DNA of 64,000 bases from NCBI GenBank assembly GCA_964426385.1, contig CAYRQF010000001.1:167939-231938 (forward strand), given 5' to 3'. The DNA is from an uncultured Candidatus Saccharibacteria bacterium. Its GTDB lineage: Bacteria > Patescibacteriota > Minisyncoccia > Phycocordibacterales > CSBR16-119. A program made the position numbers and the translations under genes. The notes beneath the pieces are model-generated. The model was not told where the DNA came from, searched no databases, and was given only the letters and a program-made list of their open reading frames with translations. This document shows positions 9,528 to 18,921 of the stretch, one piece after another (within the stretch, counting starts at the first letter, position 1; every line of letters starts with the position of its first letter).

Positions 9528-10247
9528 ATGATTCAAAAACTCGTATTTCTAGACACCGAAACCACCGGCAATATGCCGACAGACCGGCTATGCCAGCTTT
9601 GTTACAAAATTGATGGCGAGATAGTAAGCGAGTTGTACAAACCACCCATCCCGATAAGTATCGAGTCGATGGCTATCCACCACATCACCGAAAAGATGGT
9701 CGCGGATAAACCTGCCTTCACAGATAGTCCGGAATACGAGAAACTCACGAAGCTTTTTGCTAATGGCGCAGTATTCGTCGCTCACAATGCCAAGTTCGAT
9801 ATAGGAATGGTTGAAAAGGAAGGTCTCAAGATAGATAAATACATCGACACATACAGGGTCGCTAGACACCTAGACCCTGAAGGTAAGATCTCATCATATC
9901 GCCTACAGTACCTGCGCTACCTGCTAGGTATAGAGATCGAGGCGACAGCTCATGACGCCAAAGGTGACGTGCTCGTTCTCGAACAGCTATTCGAGAGACT
10001 AGTCAAGAAAATTATGGATGCGGAGAATCTTTCTCGAGAGACTGCGTTAGATCAGATGATCGACATATCGAGCAAACCGGTACTTTTCAAATACATAAAC
10101 TTCGGTAAATACAAAAACTCGAGTCTCGATGAGGTGGTTCAGAAAGACGCCGCATATCTGCGATGGCTACTCGACCAGAAGAAACAGACCCCAGATGAAG
10201 AGGAAGACTGGATATACACTCTTGAAACTTATCTCCATATAAAATAG
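9528..10247 (+). CDS. DEDDh 3'-5' exonuclease (ExoX/DnaQ-like) with C-terminal FGKYK domain
   Basis: LDTETTG, AHNAKFD, AHDAKGD, FGKYK...YLRWL; ATG at 9528. Confidence 0.9.
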   Translation: MIQKLVFLDTETTGNMPTDRLCQLCYKIDGEIVSELYKPPIPISIESMAIHHITEKMVADKPAFTDSPEYEKLTKLFANGAVFVAHNAKFDIGMVEKEGLKIDKYIDTYRVARHLDPEGKISSYRLQYLRYLLGIEIEATAHDAKGDVLVLEQLFERLVKKIMDAENLSRETALDQMIDISSKPVLFKYINFGKYKNSSLDEVVQKDAAYLRWLLDQKKQTPDEEEDWIYTLETYLHIK

Positions 10248-10271
10248 AATAAGCAAAACACCCCTTTGCCC

Positions 10272-10487
10272 ATGAAAGCATTTGGAAGATGGGTTGCAAA
10301 CAACCCAACGCTCTGCATTTGCGCCACAATGGTCGGCCTTTGGTGGGCAGAACATCGCCTGCTCTATGAAGCGTGGGACAATCGCTTGTCACACGGAATT
10401 TTCTGGCTACTCGTTACTGGCCAGGTTCTGTTCATTGTTTTCCTTGTGTTCTCTGTCTTGAGAACGAAGCTGAAAGCATGGCGATAA
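10272..10487 (+). CDS. Small two-TM orphan protein (cassette gene)
   Basis: TTGAAA-17-TAGAAT at 10222-10250; ATG 10272; hairpin downstream. Confidence 0.6.
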   Translation: MKAFGRWVANNPTLCICATMVGLWWAEHRLLYEAWDNRLSHGIFWLLVTGQVLFIVFLVFSVLRTKLKAWR

Positions 10488-10500
10488 CCCCACACCCGAG

Positions 10501-10528
10501 CAAAGGAGGTTCGCAAGAGCCTCCTTTG
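10501..10528 (+). terminator. Intrinsic terminator
   Basis: caaaggaggttc-gcaa-gagcctcctttg then T tract. Confidence 0.75.
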
Positions 10529-10551
10529 GTTTTTATGGTAAAATGTAATCC

Positions 10552-11595
10552 ATGAATCAATGGATTTTCCTCATACTTGGACTCATCGGCGGCTATATAG
10601 TCGTCTCGCTCATACGTTCCAAGAAAAAAACTACTAGCGATGATCCTCAACTATTCAAGCTTCTAGCAGATGAGATGAAGGACATCCGCCGGACTCTCGA
10701 CGAACGTCTGCATCAGTCGAGCGAGAAGATGTACGAGTCGCTGAAGTACCAGTCCAAAGAATCTATCGAGGCTATCAAAGACGTAACTGAGAGACTCGTG
10801 CGTCTCGACGAGACGAACAAGCAGGTCGTGAACTTCACGGACCAGCTCCAACAGCTTCAGAACATGCTGAAGAATCCAAAAGGCCGAGGCATCCTCGGAG
10901 AGTACTACCTAGAAACCGTACTGAAGAACGTCCTACCTCCACGCTCATACCAGATGCAATACGGATTCCCAAATGGTGACATCGTCGACGCAGTGGTGTT
11001 CGTCAAAGGTAAAGTGATCCCTATCGACTCCAAATTTTCTCTAGAAAACTACAACCGCATGATCGAGGTGCAGGACCAGGGTCTCCATGAACAATACGAA
11101 CGTGAATTCAAAGCAGACCTCAAACGTCGCATCGACGAAACGAGCAAGTACATCCAGCCAGACAATGGCACGATGGATTTCGCTTTTATGTTCATCCCGC
11201 ACGAAGCGATCTACTACGATCTACTTGTAGCCGAAGTTGGCGGTATCAAGATAAACACGCATGACCTCATCGAATACGCATTCAAGAAGAACGTTCTGAT
11301 CGTCTCGCCGACGAGCTTCCTCGCATTCCTCCAAACAGTACTCCAGGGACTCAAGGCTCTCCAGATCGAGGAGTCAGCCAAAGAGATCCAGAAGCGTGTA
11401 GGCGAACTCGGCAACCACCTCAAAGCTTTTGCCGAGTATCATGACAAGATGGGTAAAAGCCTCGGCACTGTGGTCAACCAATACAACCTATCAAACAAAG
11501 AATTCAAGAAGATAGACAAGGACGTTCTCCGCATCAACGGCGAGGCTATGAATATTGAGGTCCTAGAAATAGATAAGCCCCACGAAGATAGCTAA
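10552..11595 (+). CDS. rmuC: DNA recombination protein RmuC
   Basis: TM + coiled coil + RGILGE, PIDSKF, FAFMFIP, VSPTS. Confidence 0.93.
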   Translation: MNQWIFLILGLIGGYIVVSLIRSKKKTTSDDPQLFKLLADEMKDIRRTLDERLHQSSEKMYESLKYQSKESIEAIKDVTERLVRLDETNKQVVNFTDQLQQLQNMLKNPKGRGILGEYYLETVLKNVLPPRSYQMQYGFPNGDIVDAVVFVKGKVIPIDSKFSLENYNRMIEVQDQGLHEQYEREFKADLKRRIDETSKYIQPDNGTMDFAFMFIPHEAIYYDLLVAEVGGIKINTHDLIEYAFKKNVLIVSPTSFLAFLQTVLQGLKALQIEESAKEIQKRVGELGNHLKAFAEYHDKMGKSLGTVVNQYNLSNKEFKKIDKDVLRINGEAMNIEVLEIDKPHEDS

Positions 11596-11694
11596 AAAGT
11601 CCCTTTCCTGTGCCATGCCTTATATTGACAAATAGGGCTTTTTAGTGTATACAGTAATAGAACCTGCAACACTTACAACAAAATCAACCGACCC

Positions 11695-12612
11695 ATGAAA
11701 AAGCTGCTTTTCCTGACCCTCTTCGGCCTCCTCGGAAGCCAAGTATTCGCGCAAAACAGCGCCACCCTCGTTTCCATCGATGACGTCCACTACGACCAGA
11801 TCGCTGAGGACATGCTCGATGCGGATATCGACAATGTGGAGCCCTGGGGCAAACAGAGGAAGCCCACCAAGGCGGTGCTCATCCTCGACGGTGACTATAT
11901 CGCCCTCGGCAATATCACCCTCGTCAAGAGCGACTCCGCGGATATCTCCTTCTACAGAGGTGACAAAGACACTGCTCGAGTGTTCCCGCTCTACGATGAA
12001 CGGTACTCTATGTCGTCCGGAGGTGTCCTCCAAGGCGCCGATGGCGAGAAGCTCGAAGCGATCCTCATTACACCACAACAAGGAAAAGGCAAGACGGCAT
12101 GGATCACCTTCAACAATAAAGGTGTGTCCAAGAACATTGAGCCTGACAATTATGAGATCATCCTCGAACTTCGCCCTGAACATGAGGACGTTGAGTGGGC
12201 ATCCCGAGGCAAGTACTATACGCCCAGCATTTCTTCCCAGACGGTCAACATGGTCGACAGCAACCCAGAGGGTTCCTATGCACTCTCGGTCAAAGGAAAA
12301 TGGGGCCGGAAGTATGGTTTCTTCTTCCTCAAGGAAGCTGAAAACCACGGCCTGGTCAAAACTCAGGTTTTCGAACCTGCCATTGACCCCCATGACCCTT
12401 CGACCATTCATCGCTTCGAGCTGAAGGATGGCCAATACATCCTGGATGGCAAGATCAAGGTGAAGAAGCTTGTTCTCATTCGTGTGAATGAAGAGAAGGC
12501 AACTGGCTCCGTAAAGCAAAAGCACGATGGGCGCCAACGCAAGGACCTGCGGAAAAAGCAGAAGGCCGAGCGCAAACGCCAGAAGCAAATTCGCAAGAGG
12601 GTTGAGAACTAA
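11695..12612 (+). CDS. Secreted orphan protein with basic C-terminal tail (cassette gene)
   Basis: Signal peptide MKKLLFLTLFGLLGSQVFA-Q; TTGACA at 11625; hairpin 12642-12669. Confidence 0.8.
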   Translation: MKKLLFLTLFGLLGSQVFAQNSATLVSIDDVHYDQIAEDMLDADIDNVEPWGKQRKPTKAVLILDGDYIALGNITLVKSDSADISFYRGDKDTARVFPLYDERYSMSSGGVLQGADGEKLEAILITPQQGKGKTAWITFNNKGVSKNIEPDNYEIILELRPEHEDVEWASRGKYYTPSISSQTVNMVDSNPEGSYALSVKGKWGRKYGFFFLKEAENHGLVKTQVFEPAIDPHDPSTIHRFELKDGQYILDGKIKVKKLVLIRVNEEKATGSVKQKHDGRQRKDLRKKQKAERKRQKQIRKRVEN

Positions 12613-12641
12613 CGAGCACACGCAGCTTCGGCTGCACACGA

Positions 12642-12669
12642 AAAAGGCGGCCCATGTGGACCGCCTTTT
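12642..12669. terminator. Bidirectional intrinsic terminator
   Basis: aaaaggcgg-cccatgtgga-ccgcctttt. Confidence 0.75.
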
Positions 12670-12689
12670 CCTTTGCCAATTTATTATTT

Positions 12690-13274
12690 CTATCTTACGA
12701 TTTCAGTAACATTGACCTTATACCACTCTTTCCATTCAGGCTCAACGCCATCTTTAGTCTCACGCATTTTCACTAGAACATTTTCTGAGTCCTGTAGAAC
12801 TACGAATTCATGTGTAGTGCCAGAACCTTCACATGTAGCATACGCAAATGGGATACCGTTCTCAGAAGAAGTGTCGATATATTCAGTTTCTTCGCATGTC
12901 CCTGGATGGACGCCTAGCTTGTATGGTCGGCCGAAAGTAATTGCACTGCCGTTACGAGTAAAGTCCGCGAACTCCATCTTGACCCAAGTCTGATTCGTTT
13001 CAGCGACTTCAGGACTCTCGGTATCAAATATCCACTTCACTCCCTGCCAGGCATATTCATAGTCACCTGACTGAACAGGTTGAACGACTTCGAGCGCATC
13101 GCTGTTGTCGGTTGCTTCTACAGCAGGAATAGTCTCATCAGCTGGAATGATGTCGCTATTTTTCTCCCGACTCACTAGGATTATTACGATAATAACGGCA
13201 ACCAAGATTACTCCTCCAATAATTTTATTAGTAAGACTGCCGTTAACCCCGCCCCTGTTATTTGTATCTGCCAT
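12690..13274 (-). CDS. Hypothetical membrane-anchored protein
   Basis: N-terminal TM, acidic extracytoplasmic domain with two Cys. Confidence 0.75.
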   Translation of the reverse strand: MADTNNRGGVNGSLTNKIIGGVILVAVIIVIILVSREKNSDIIPADETIPAVEATDNSDALEVVQPVQSGDYEYAWQGVKWIFDTESPEVAETNQTWVKMEFADFTRNGSAITFGRPYKLGVHPGTCEETEYIDTSSENGIPFAYATCEGSGTTHEFVVLQDSENVLVKMRETKDGVEPEWKEWYKVNVTEIVR

Positions 13275-13362
13275 ATATAGCCAGATTCTACCATGTGGGA
13301 AATTTGAGGTAAAACCTTGATTAAACTCTCCTTTTTGGGTATTCTATGCAGGTCTTTTATAA

Positions 13363-13434
13363 GGCCCTATCGTCTAATGGTTAGGACAGATCCTTCTCAA
13401 GGATTAAATCCGGGTTCGATTCCCGGTAGGGTCA
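13363..13434 (+). tRNA. tRNA-Glu (CTC)
   Basis: Acceptor GGCCCTA/TAGGGTC, anticodon arm gatcc-TTCTCAA-ggatt, T-loop GGTTCGATTCC; CCA not encoded. Confidence 0.95.
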
Positions 13435-13438
13435 CAAA

Positions 13439-14011
13439 ATGCGCAAAGCAGGGAAACTAGCTTACTCGATTCTTTTAGTGTTTATTGCTTTTGTTTTGAT
13501 TGCGCTTGTAATCATAAAATTCAGTAATGGAAGCTTCGATTCCGCCGACAGTACCGTCGTACTCGGTGCTGCGGCATGGGACGGAAATCCGTCACCGGTG
13601 TTCCAGGCACGAATTGATCATGCCATAGACTTATATAAGGCAGATAAAATTCAGAAACTTTACTTCACTGGCGGAAGCGATAGTCCTGATCAACTAACAG
13701 AAGCCGAGACTGCAGAGAAGTACGCTGTATCAAGTGGTGTAGACACAGAAGATATAGCTATTGAAACCACTTCTCAAACAACGATGCAGAATTTGCAGAA
13801 TATTTCTGCTATGACAGAACCGGGTGAAAGTATTTTAATAATAACTGACCCCTTGCATCAATACCGCTCTATAAAAATGGCGCACACGCTTAATCTCGAC
13901 GCTTACCCATCTCCAACTCCACACACTCGATACATATCAACCAAAACACGGCTACCCTTCCTTATCCGAGAGACATACTTTATGATTGTCTTCTGGATAT
14001 TCGGAATATAA
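13439..14011 (+). CDS. YdcF/DUF218 (ElyC/SanA-like) protein
   Basis: VVLGA, RIDHAIDLY, TGG, EAE, SQTTMQN, TDPLHQYR, RE. Confidence 0.9.
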   Translation: MRKAGKLAYSILLVFIAFVLIALVIIKFSNGSFDSADSTVVLGAAAWDGNPSPVFQARIDHAIDLYKADKIQKLYFTGGSDSPDQLTEAETAEKYAVSSGVDTEDIAIETTSQTTMQNLQNISAMTEPGESILIITDPLHQYRSIKMAHTLNLDAYPSPTPHTRYISTKTRLPFLIRETYFMIVFWIFGI

Positions 14012-14013
14012 AT

Positions 14014-14376
14014 ATGAAAAGATTTTCAAAACTCACTTATCTCTACATGTACCTTGGCTCAGTTGTGGTGTTAGTAATATTCCTGAGTATTTTTTCTTCT
14101 TATAAGATCAAGGGGGACGCCCGTGTCACATACGTCGACACTCTACCGGGGAGCATCATGGCTATGACTCTACCGCCTTTTGGGATATTTATCGAAGAGA
14201 AATATATAGACCAAGGCGACGCCAAGGGATCCATCCTCGCGCACGAACGTATCCACTGGCTCCAATATCAAGAACTCGGACTTTTCGGTTTCTACAACAA
14301 ATACATTAACGGTTGGCTTAAAAATGGAAGACTTTATAATGAGATGGAGGCAGACGCTCGCAAGCGTAGCGAATAG
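14014..14376 (+). CDS. Hypothetical membrane-anchored protein with HExxH motif
   Basis: LAHERIHWLQY...EMEADA zincin-like motif. Confidence 0.75.
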   Translation: MKRFSKLTYLYMYLGSVVVLVIFLSIFSSYKIKGDARVTYVDTLPGSIMAMTLPPFGIFIEEKYIDQGDAKGSILAHERIHWLQYQELGLFGFYNKYINGWLKNGRLYNEMEADARKRSE

Positions 14377-14377
14377 T

Positions 14378-14746
14378 ATGCAATCGAAACCAACAACCAT
14401 AACTGAATACATCGCCGCAGCGCCAAAAGACACTCGGAAGAAACTGCGTGAGATTCGAGCGACGATCAAAGCCGGTGCGCCGAGAGCCATAGAGAGTCTC
14501 AAGTGGTCTATGCCAGCTTTTTCATATTCCCGTATCCTCGTAACATTCGCTGTATTCAAGAACCACATCGGTTTCTACCCCACCCCGTCAGCCATAACAA
14601 AATTCAAGAAAGATCTAACCAAGTACAAAACCGCCAAAGGTTCTATCCAATTTCCGCTCGATAAACCTCTACCCCTACCCCTCATCCGCAAAATCACCGC
14701 CTTCCGCACCAAAGAACTCCGCACTGGAGAAAAAAAGTGGAAGTAA
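14378..14746 (+). CDS. DUF1801/YdhG-like protein
   Basis: ITEYIA, LKWSMPAF, KNHIGFYP, KGSIQFPLDKPLP; ATG at 14378. Confidence 0.9.
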   Translation: MQSKPTTITEYIAAAPKDTRKKLREIRATIKAGAPRAIESLKWSMPAFSYSRILVTFAVFKNHIGFYPTPSAITKFKKDLTKYKTAKGSIQFPLDKPLPLPLIRKITAFRTKELRTGEKKWK

Positions 14747-14754
14747 TATAATAC

Positions 14755-15705
14755 TTAAGCAGCTTTTCTTTCTTCTTGACCCTGTTCGATTCCTAGATCA
14801 CTTTCTTTTATAATTTCTCTTATTATTTCTGGAGAGATTTCTTCATTGAACTCAAACTTGGTTCCATCTGATAGATCTTTGGAATACTCAATCATGATTT
14901 TTTTCTCTCCATCCTTATTCTCTATGCGGATAGTCGCGCCTTCGACAAAACCGAATCCCATACCGCCGAGAGCATCGATAAATTTGTTTCGAAAATCAGC
15001 GCCACGAGTTTTCTCCATAACTTTCGCCAGGAAAGACTCTGTAACCGTCTGATGAGTTCCCAGGAATCTATTGAGTTCTTTGTCATAGCCTTTGCTTTCA
15101 TCTTCCACAAGCTCTTCCCAACGATCTGACGCTCGAAAGTATTTTTCAACGAGAGAAGCAACGTTTCCTGCCATTCTGGAATATGTCGAAGTAACCGTGT
15201 CTTTATTTGCGCGAGCCATTTCATCACTCTCTTCTACTAGCCATTTCAGGGTTTCTTTGCGCTCATATGCTTTATTAAAAGCTTCTCCTGTTTCTCCTGC
15301 CGCTGCAAAATTTAGTCTCTCATCGACCCCAACCTTTGATCCCATTTTTAGATCCTTATCTAGTTCAGCCAGAGTCTCCTCGTAAGTCATCTCCGGACCT
15401 GTATTGGTGCCATCCATAACGTGCATCGCTGTTTCTCTAGAGCGGATTCGTGGACTGCCGTAGGCTAGAGATTGTGACATGTCTCCACTGGCGTCAGATG
15501 CATCGAAAGCTTGTACCCTACCCTCTGGGTTCAGTTTTATCCAGTAGTCCTTATCTATTTCTAATCCTTGAGACTTCAAAAGATCAAACCTCGCCTGATC
15601 TTCAGCTGTCATGGCTTTCTCTTTATTGCCATGTCTAAAGATTCGCAAAACTATAGCTGAGTCATGGCTTCCCTTTCTTTCCAAACTCGGTAGTGATTCT
15701 TTCAT
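14755..15705 (-). CDS. Histidine phosphatase superfamily protein
   Basis: IFRHG, SPRIRSRET, GTHQ catalytic motifs. Confidence 0.8.
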   Translation of the reverse strand: MKESLPSLERKGSHDSAIVLRIFRHGNKEKAMTAEDQARFDLLKSQGLEIDKDYWIKLNPEGRVQAFDASDASGDMSQSLAYGSPRIRSRETAMHVMDGTNTGPEMTYEETLAELDKDLKMGSKVGVDERLNFAAAGETGEAFNKAYERKETLKWLVEESDEMARANKDTVTSTYSRMAGNVASLVEKYFRASDRWEELVEDESKGYDKELNRFLGTHQTVTESFLAKVMEKTRGADFRNKFIDALGGMGFGFVEGATIRIENKDGEKKIMIEYSKDLSDGTKFEFNEEISPEIIREIIKESDLGIEQGQEERKAA

Positions 15706-15747
15706 TAATTACTTATATTTTAGCAAATTTAACTATTTCTTTATGCC

Positions 15748-15775
15748 TTGACTTTTCTACTATTTGTATTATAAT
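15748..15775 (+). promoter_or_regulatory. Sigma70 promoter of SixA-like cassette
   Basis: TTGACT-16-TATAAT. Confidence 0.75.
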
Positions 15776-15843
15776 GTCGTTTGACAGTACTTCCATTCAG
15801 GCAGTACGCACATTCAACAACCCATTCCAATACAGTTACGACC

Positions 15844-16488
15844 ATGCGCAAGATCGTTTCCGTCCGTCACGGCAAAGCCGTATCCCCCGAGGGTGTCACC
15901 GATGATTCCCTGCGTGTCCTCAACGATGAAGGCATCAATAAGACGCGTGCTCTGGGCGACCAGCTCCGTATGCTCGGCTTCGTGCCGGACCGGATCATCG
16001 TATCCGGCGCCAAACGTGCCGACCAAAGCATGCGCCACATCATGGCAGAGATCGATCCTGGCGATCGCCTCAAACTGGTGAAGACCATGGTGACCGTGGT
16101 ACCCGGCTTGTACAAGTGGGAGGAACTGAACACCGCCGCCGCAGAACCCGAAGATGGCGGCCTCGGTTTCCATCTGCACCTCGCAGTGTACCAGGACAAG
16201 TTCCCCGAAGACCTCGCGAACTTCGAACACAACCGGGTGAAGGCCCTCCTCGACGCCCTCGACGAGCCCATCGGCGACGACGAGAACGTACTGATCGTGA
16301 CCCATGCCTGGATCTCGAATGTGAGCCTCTACCCCTTCGCACTGAAGCAGGAGCTGCGCGACGAGCTGCGTGAGATCGGTGTTCCCGAAGCGCATGCCCT
16401 GGTACTCCACGGCAATGGCGAGCTCGAAGCCTACGGCCCCGATGGAAAGGTGGAGATCGCCAGCCTGAAGCGGGTAGTGGAAGCCTGA
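15844..16488 (+). CDS. SixA-like histidine phosphatase (cassette gene)
   Basis: VRHGKA, D..RVLNDEG, PDRIIVSGAKRADQS, LIVTH; GC-rich; ATG at 15844. Confidence 0.82.
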   Translation: MRKIVSVRHGKAVSPEGVTDDSLRVLNDEGINKTRALGDQLRMLGFVPDRIIVSGAKRADQSMRHIMAEIDPGDRLKLVKTMVTVVPGLYKWEELNTAAAEPEDGGLGFHLHLAVYQDKFPEDLANFEHNRVKALLDALDEPIGDDENVLIVTHAWISNVSLYPFALKQELRDELREIGVPEAHALVLHGNGELEAYGPDGKVEIASLKRVVEA

Positions 16489-16526
16489 GGCTTCAAGGAA
16501 TGAGTAGAGAGAGATTTGTGACGAAG

Positions 16527-16548
16527 AGCCCTGCTGTATAGCGGGGCC
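16527..16548. terminator. GC hairpin between convergent genes
   Basis: gccctgc-tgtata-gcggggc followed by T-rich tract. Confidence 0.65.
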
Positions 16549-16555
16549 TTCCTTT

Positions 16556-17917
16556 TTATATAATTCTGACTATACCTTTGTTTGCATCAACTTCGACAAT
16601 ATCTCCATCTTTGAGGATTCTGGTCGCATTTTTAGTTCCTATAATACAAGGCTTCTTAAGTTCGCGAGCAACAATAGCCGCATGGGAAGTTATTCCACCC
16701 TCATCAGTTACAAAAGCGCTAGCCCTGGGCAATATCGGCATCATTTCAGGACGAGTCATGCTCGTCACAATAACATCGCCGTCCAGAACCTTACCAAAAT
16801 CCAGAGCACTATTAATTATAACGACTCGCCCGGTGGCTACGCCAGTGTTTGCAACAAAGCCCTTTACCTCATTACCCAGACTTTTATTGATTGACTCTGT
16901 TACGCTTAGGTTTTCCTTTTCTGCATCTACTCCATACTTAAAATCTCGGAACGTCCACCAAAATCCTTCATTTGCTTTTTTTGACTGTTCTAAAAGTTCT
17001 TCTTTTGAAAAATCGGTAAACCAAGTGAAGTATGCCGATTGAAGTATAACTTTTTCTGTTTCTTTATCGAACTTATAAAGGGATAGTAATTTTTTGTATG
17101 CCAAATCTAAAATAGAATTTGCTCGATAAATTTCTTCTTTTCTTGCATCCTGAAGATCGATTGCTTTTGAAAGTAAGTAATTGATTTTCTGCTCAGGCGT
17201 GATTAATTCACTTACATCAACTCTTATTTCTTGATGAGACTCAAAAGAAGAAACAATTTCTTCTGCTTCTTCCTTTTGAATTTTATTTAATTTTGCTTCG
17301 AGAGATTTAAGATCAAAAAGATTAAAATTACTATAACTATTCTCAATCCAGGAGAAATTTCTTACAAAGTCTTCTTTTGTATATTTACTTCTCTCTAATT
17401 TTAAGAGAGCAACTTCATATTCAAATCTTTTTGTAAAGCTTGGCTCAAGAGGAAAAACCTTTTTACTAAATTCTTCTGAGGTTTGATTAAAATACTTGAG
17501 CCAATACTCATTATCGAGCGCTATCCCATCAGTTATATAAGCATGCGCTGTAACATCAGAGGCATACTCATAAAACTTTTTAAGCCAGTCTTTTATACCC
17601 TCTTCAGAATCCAATCTCTCTACTTCTATAACCAGAGAAAGATATTTTGACTTTAAGTCATCAATAATGGAAAAGGCTTTGGGGAAATAAGTATTAATAA
17701 AATCTTGATCTTGGTTAATTTTCTTCAAGAACTCCTGACGTATCCTCTCTAGATCATCTTTGTGTACATAGGCGGTGACTTTCTGATCTTTATAAAAATA
17801 TGTGCCATCTTTCCAAAATTCACCGCCAAATACATCATTGAATTTCTTTAGGGCATTCATTTGAAGTCCGAATGGTCCGTTATGTGCATTAAACGTTTTT
17901 ATTAGATATTTCTCCAT
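16556..17917 (-). CDS. PEP-utilising enzyme mobile (phospho-His swivel) domain protein with uncharacterised N-terminal domain
   Basis: C-terminal TDEGGITSHAAIVARELKKPCIIG...LKDGDIVEVDANKG. Confidence 0.9.
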   Translation of the reverse strand: MEKYLIKTFNAHNGPFGLQMNALKKFNDVFGGEFWKDGTYFYKDQKVTAYVHKDDLERIRQEFLKKINQDQDFINTYFPKAFSIIDDLKSKYLSLVIEVERLDSEEGIKDWLKKFYEYASDVTAHAYITDGIALDNEYWLKYFNQTSEEFSKKVFPLEPSFTKRFEYEVALLKLERSKYTKEDFVRNFSWIENSYSNFNLFDLKSLEAKLNKIQKEEAEEIVSSFESHQEIRVDVSELITPEQKINYLLSKAIDLQDARKEEIYRANSILDLAYKKLLSLYKFDKETEKVILQSAYFTWFTDFSKEELLEQSKKANEGFWWTFRDFKYGVDAEKENLSVTESINKSLGNEVKGFVANTGVATGRVVIINSALDFGKVLDGDVIVTSMTRPEMMPILPRASAFVTDEGGITSHAAIVARELKKPCIIGTKNATRILKDGDIVEVDANKGIVRII

Positions 17918-17920
17918 ATA

Positions 17921-18919
17921 TTAGTTTAAAATTTTAACTATCCCCTTATCTGCATCGACTTCTACTATATCACCAGTCTTGAGTACAGACGTAATTCCCT
18001 TTATACCAACCACACAAGGGATTTTGAGTTCACGTGAGGTTATCGAGGCATGACATATTGCTCCTCCATGCTCGGAAAGTATGGCTCTCGCCTTCTTCAT
18101 AGCTGAGATGAAGTCTGGTGTTGTGGTTGAAGATACAAGGATTTCACCTTCTTGGAATTCGGCGACTTGATCTCTATTTTCAACTCTTCGAACCGAGCCC
18201 TTTATGACACCTCCTTTATAAGCCACTTGGCCCTTCAAAAGAGACGAATCTATTTTTTCCTGCTTGAGTATGATATTTTCCCGGCTCAGAACTTCTGACA
18301 AACTGTACTCGATCTTCTGATCTATAACTACATAATTCCTGAGCCTATTTTCCAGAACCTTAATCGGCTCGAGTTTATTGTCCCTGACTTCGGCGATAGA
18401 TATAACATCAACGTACTTCTCATAACCTGGGAAGATTTTTCGTAAGGAATTTCGGATAGTGCCAGCGATTCCCGGCCCCATGTATTCGGTCTCTTTGCGA
18501 ACGGCGAGTACGTCCTCCATTGGGAGTTTATGCTTGTCGTAATATTCGATCATCCACCACATGCAATCCCACCATGTCCAGGAATTCTTTATCTGGTCGA
18601 GAAAAACTATTAATTCTTCACGACTAAGCGCTCTCTCACTAAGTATCGTATCTTTAACTATATTAAAAAGCTCCAGAGTTTTCGACTTCATAACCTCCCT
18701 ATCGAAGTGTCCTGCCTGCTCGATCTTCCATTCGATACCCTTCGGATCATAGATATAGCTAAGCATCCCGCTCTTACCCTCAAATATACAGAATGGACTG
18801 AAAGAAAATTCTTTGTCTGACCACGGAATATGTTTCTGCGCCTCTCCATAACTCGTAAGCTCCGCGATAATTAGCGGAAATTCGTGGCTCAGTAGTAACT
18901 CATACCCTCTCTTTTCCAT
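17921..18919 (-). CDS. PEP-utilising enzyme mobile domain protein
   Basis: SEHGGAICHASITSRELKIPCVVG; N-domain resembles the second middle domain of 21734-24844. Confidence 0.9.
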   Translation of the reverse strand: MEKRGYELLLSHEFPLIIAELTSYGEAQKHIPWSDKEFSFSPFCIFEGKSGMLSYIYDPKGIEWKIEQAGHFDREVMKSKTLELFNIVKDTILSERALSREELIVFLDQIKNSWTWWDCMWWMIEYYDKHKLPMEDVLAVRKETEYMGPGIAGTIRNSLRKIFPGYEKYVDVISIAEVRDNKLEPIKVLENRLRNYVVIDQKIEYSLSEVLSRENIILKQEKIDSSLLKGQVAYKGGVIKGSVRRVENRDQVAEFQEGEILVSSTTTPDFISAMKKARAILSEHGGAICHASITSRELKIPCVVGIKGITSVLKTGDIVEVDADKGIVKILN

Positions 18920-18921
18920 AA

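Noticed and set aside
11620-12639. 339-aa minus-strand ORF and 214-aa alternative-frame ORF
   Set aside because: Shadows of the plus-strand gene, which has the promoter, signal peptide and terminator
15814-16410. Several overlapping ORFs in the GC-rich SixA-like gene
   Set aside because: Expected from stop-codon scarcity at high GC; no motifs
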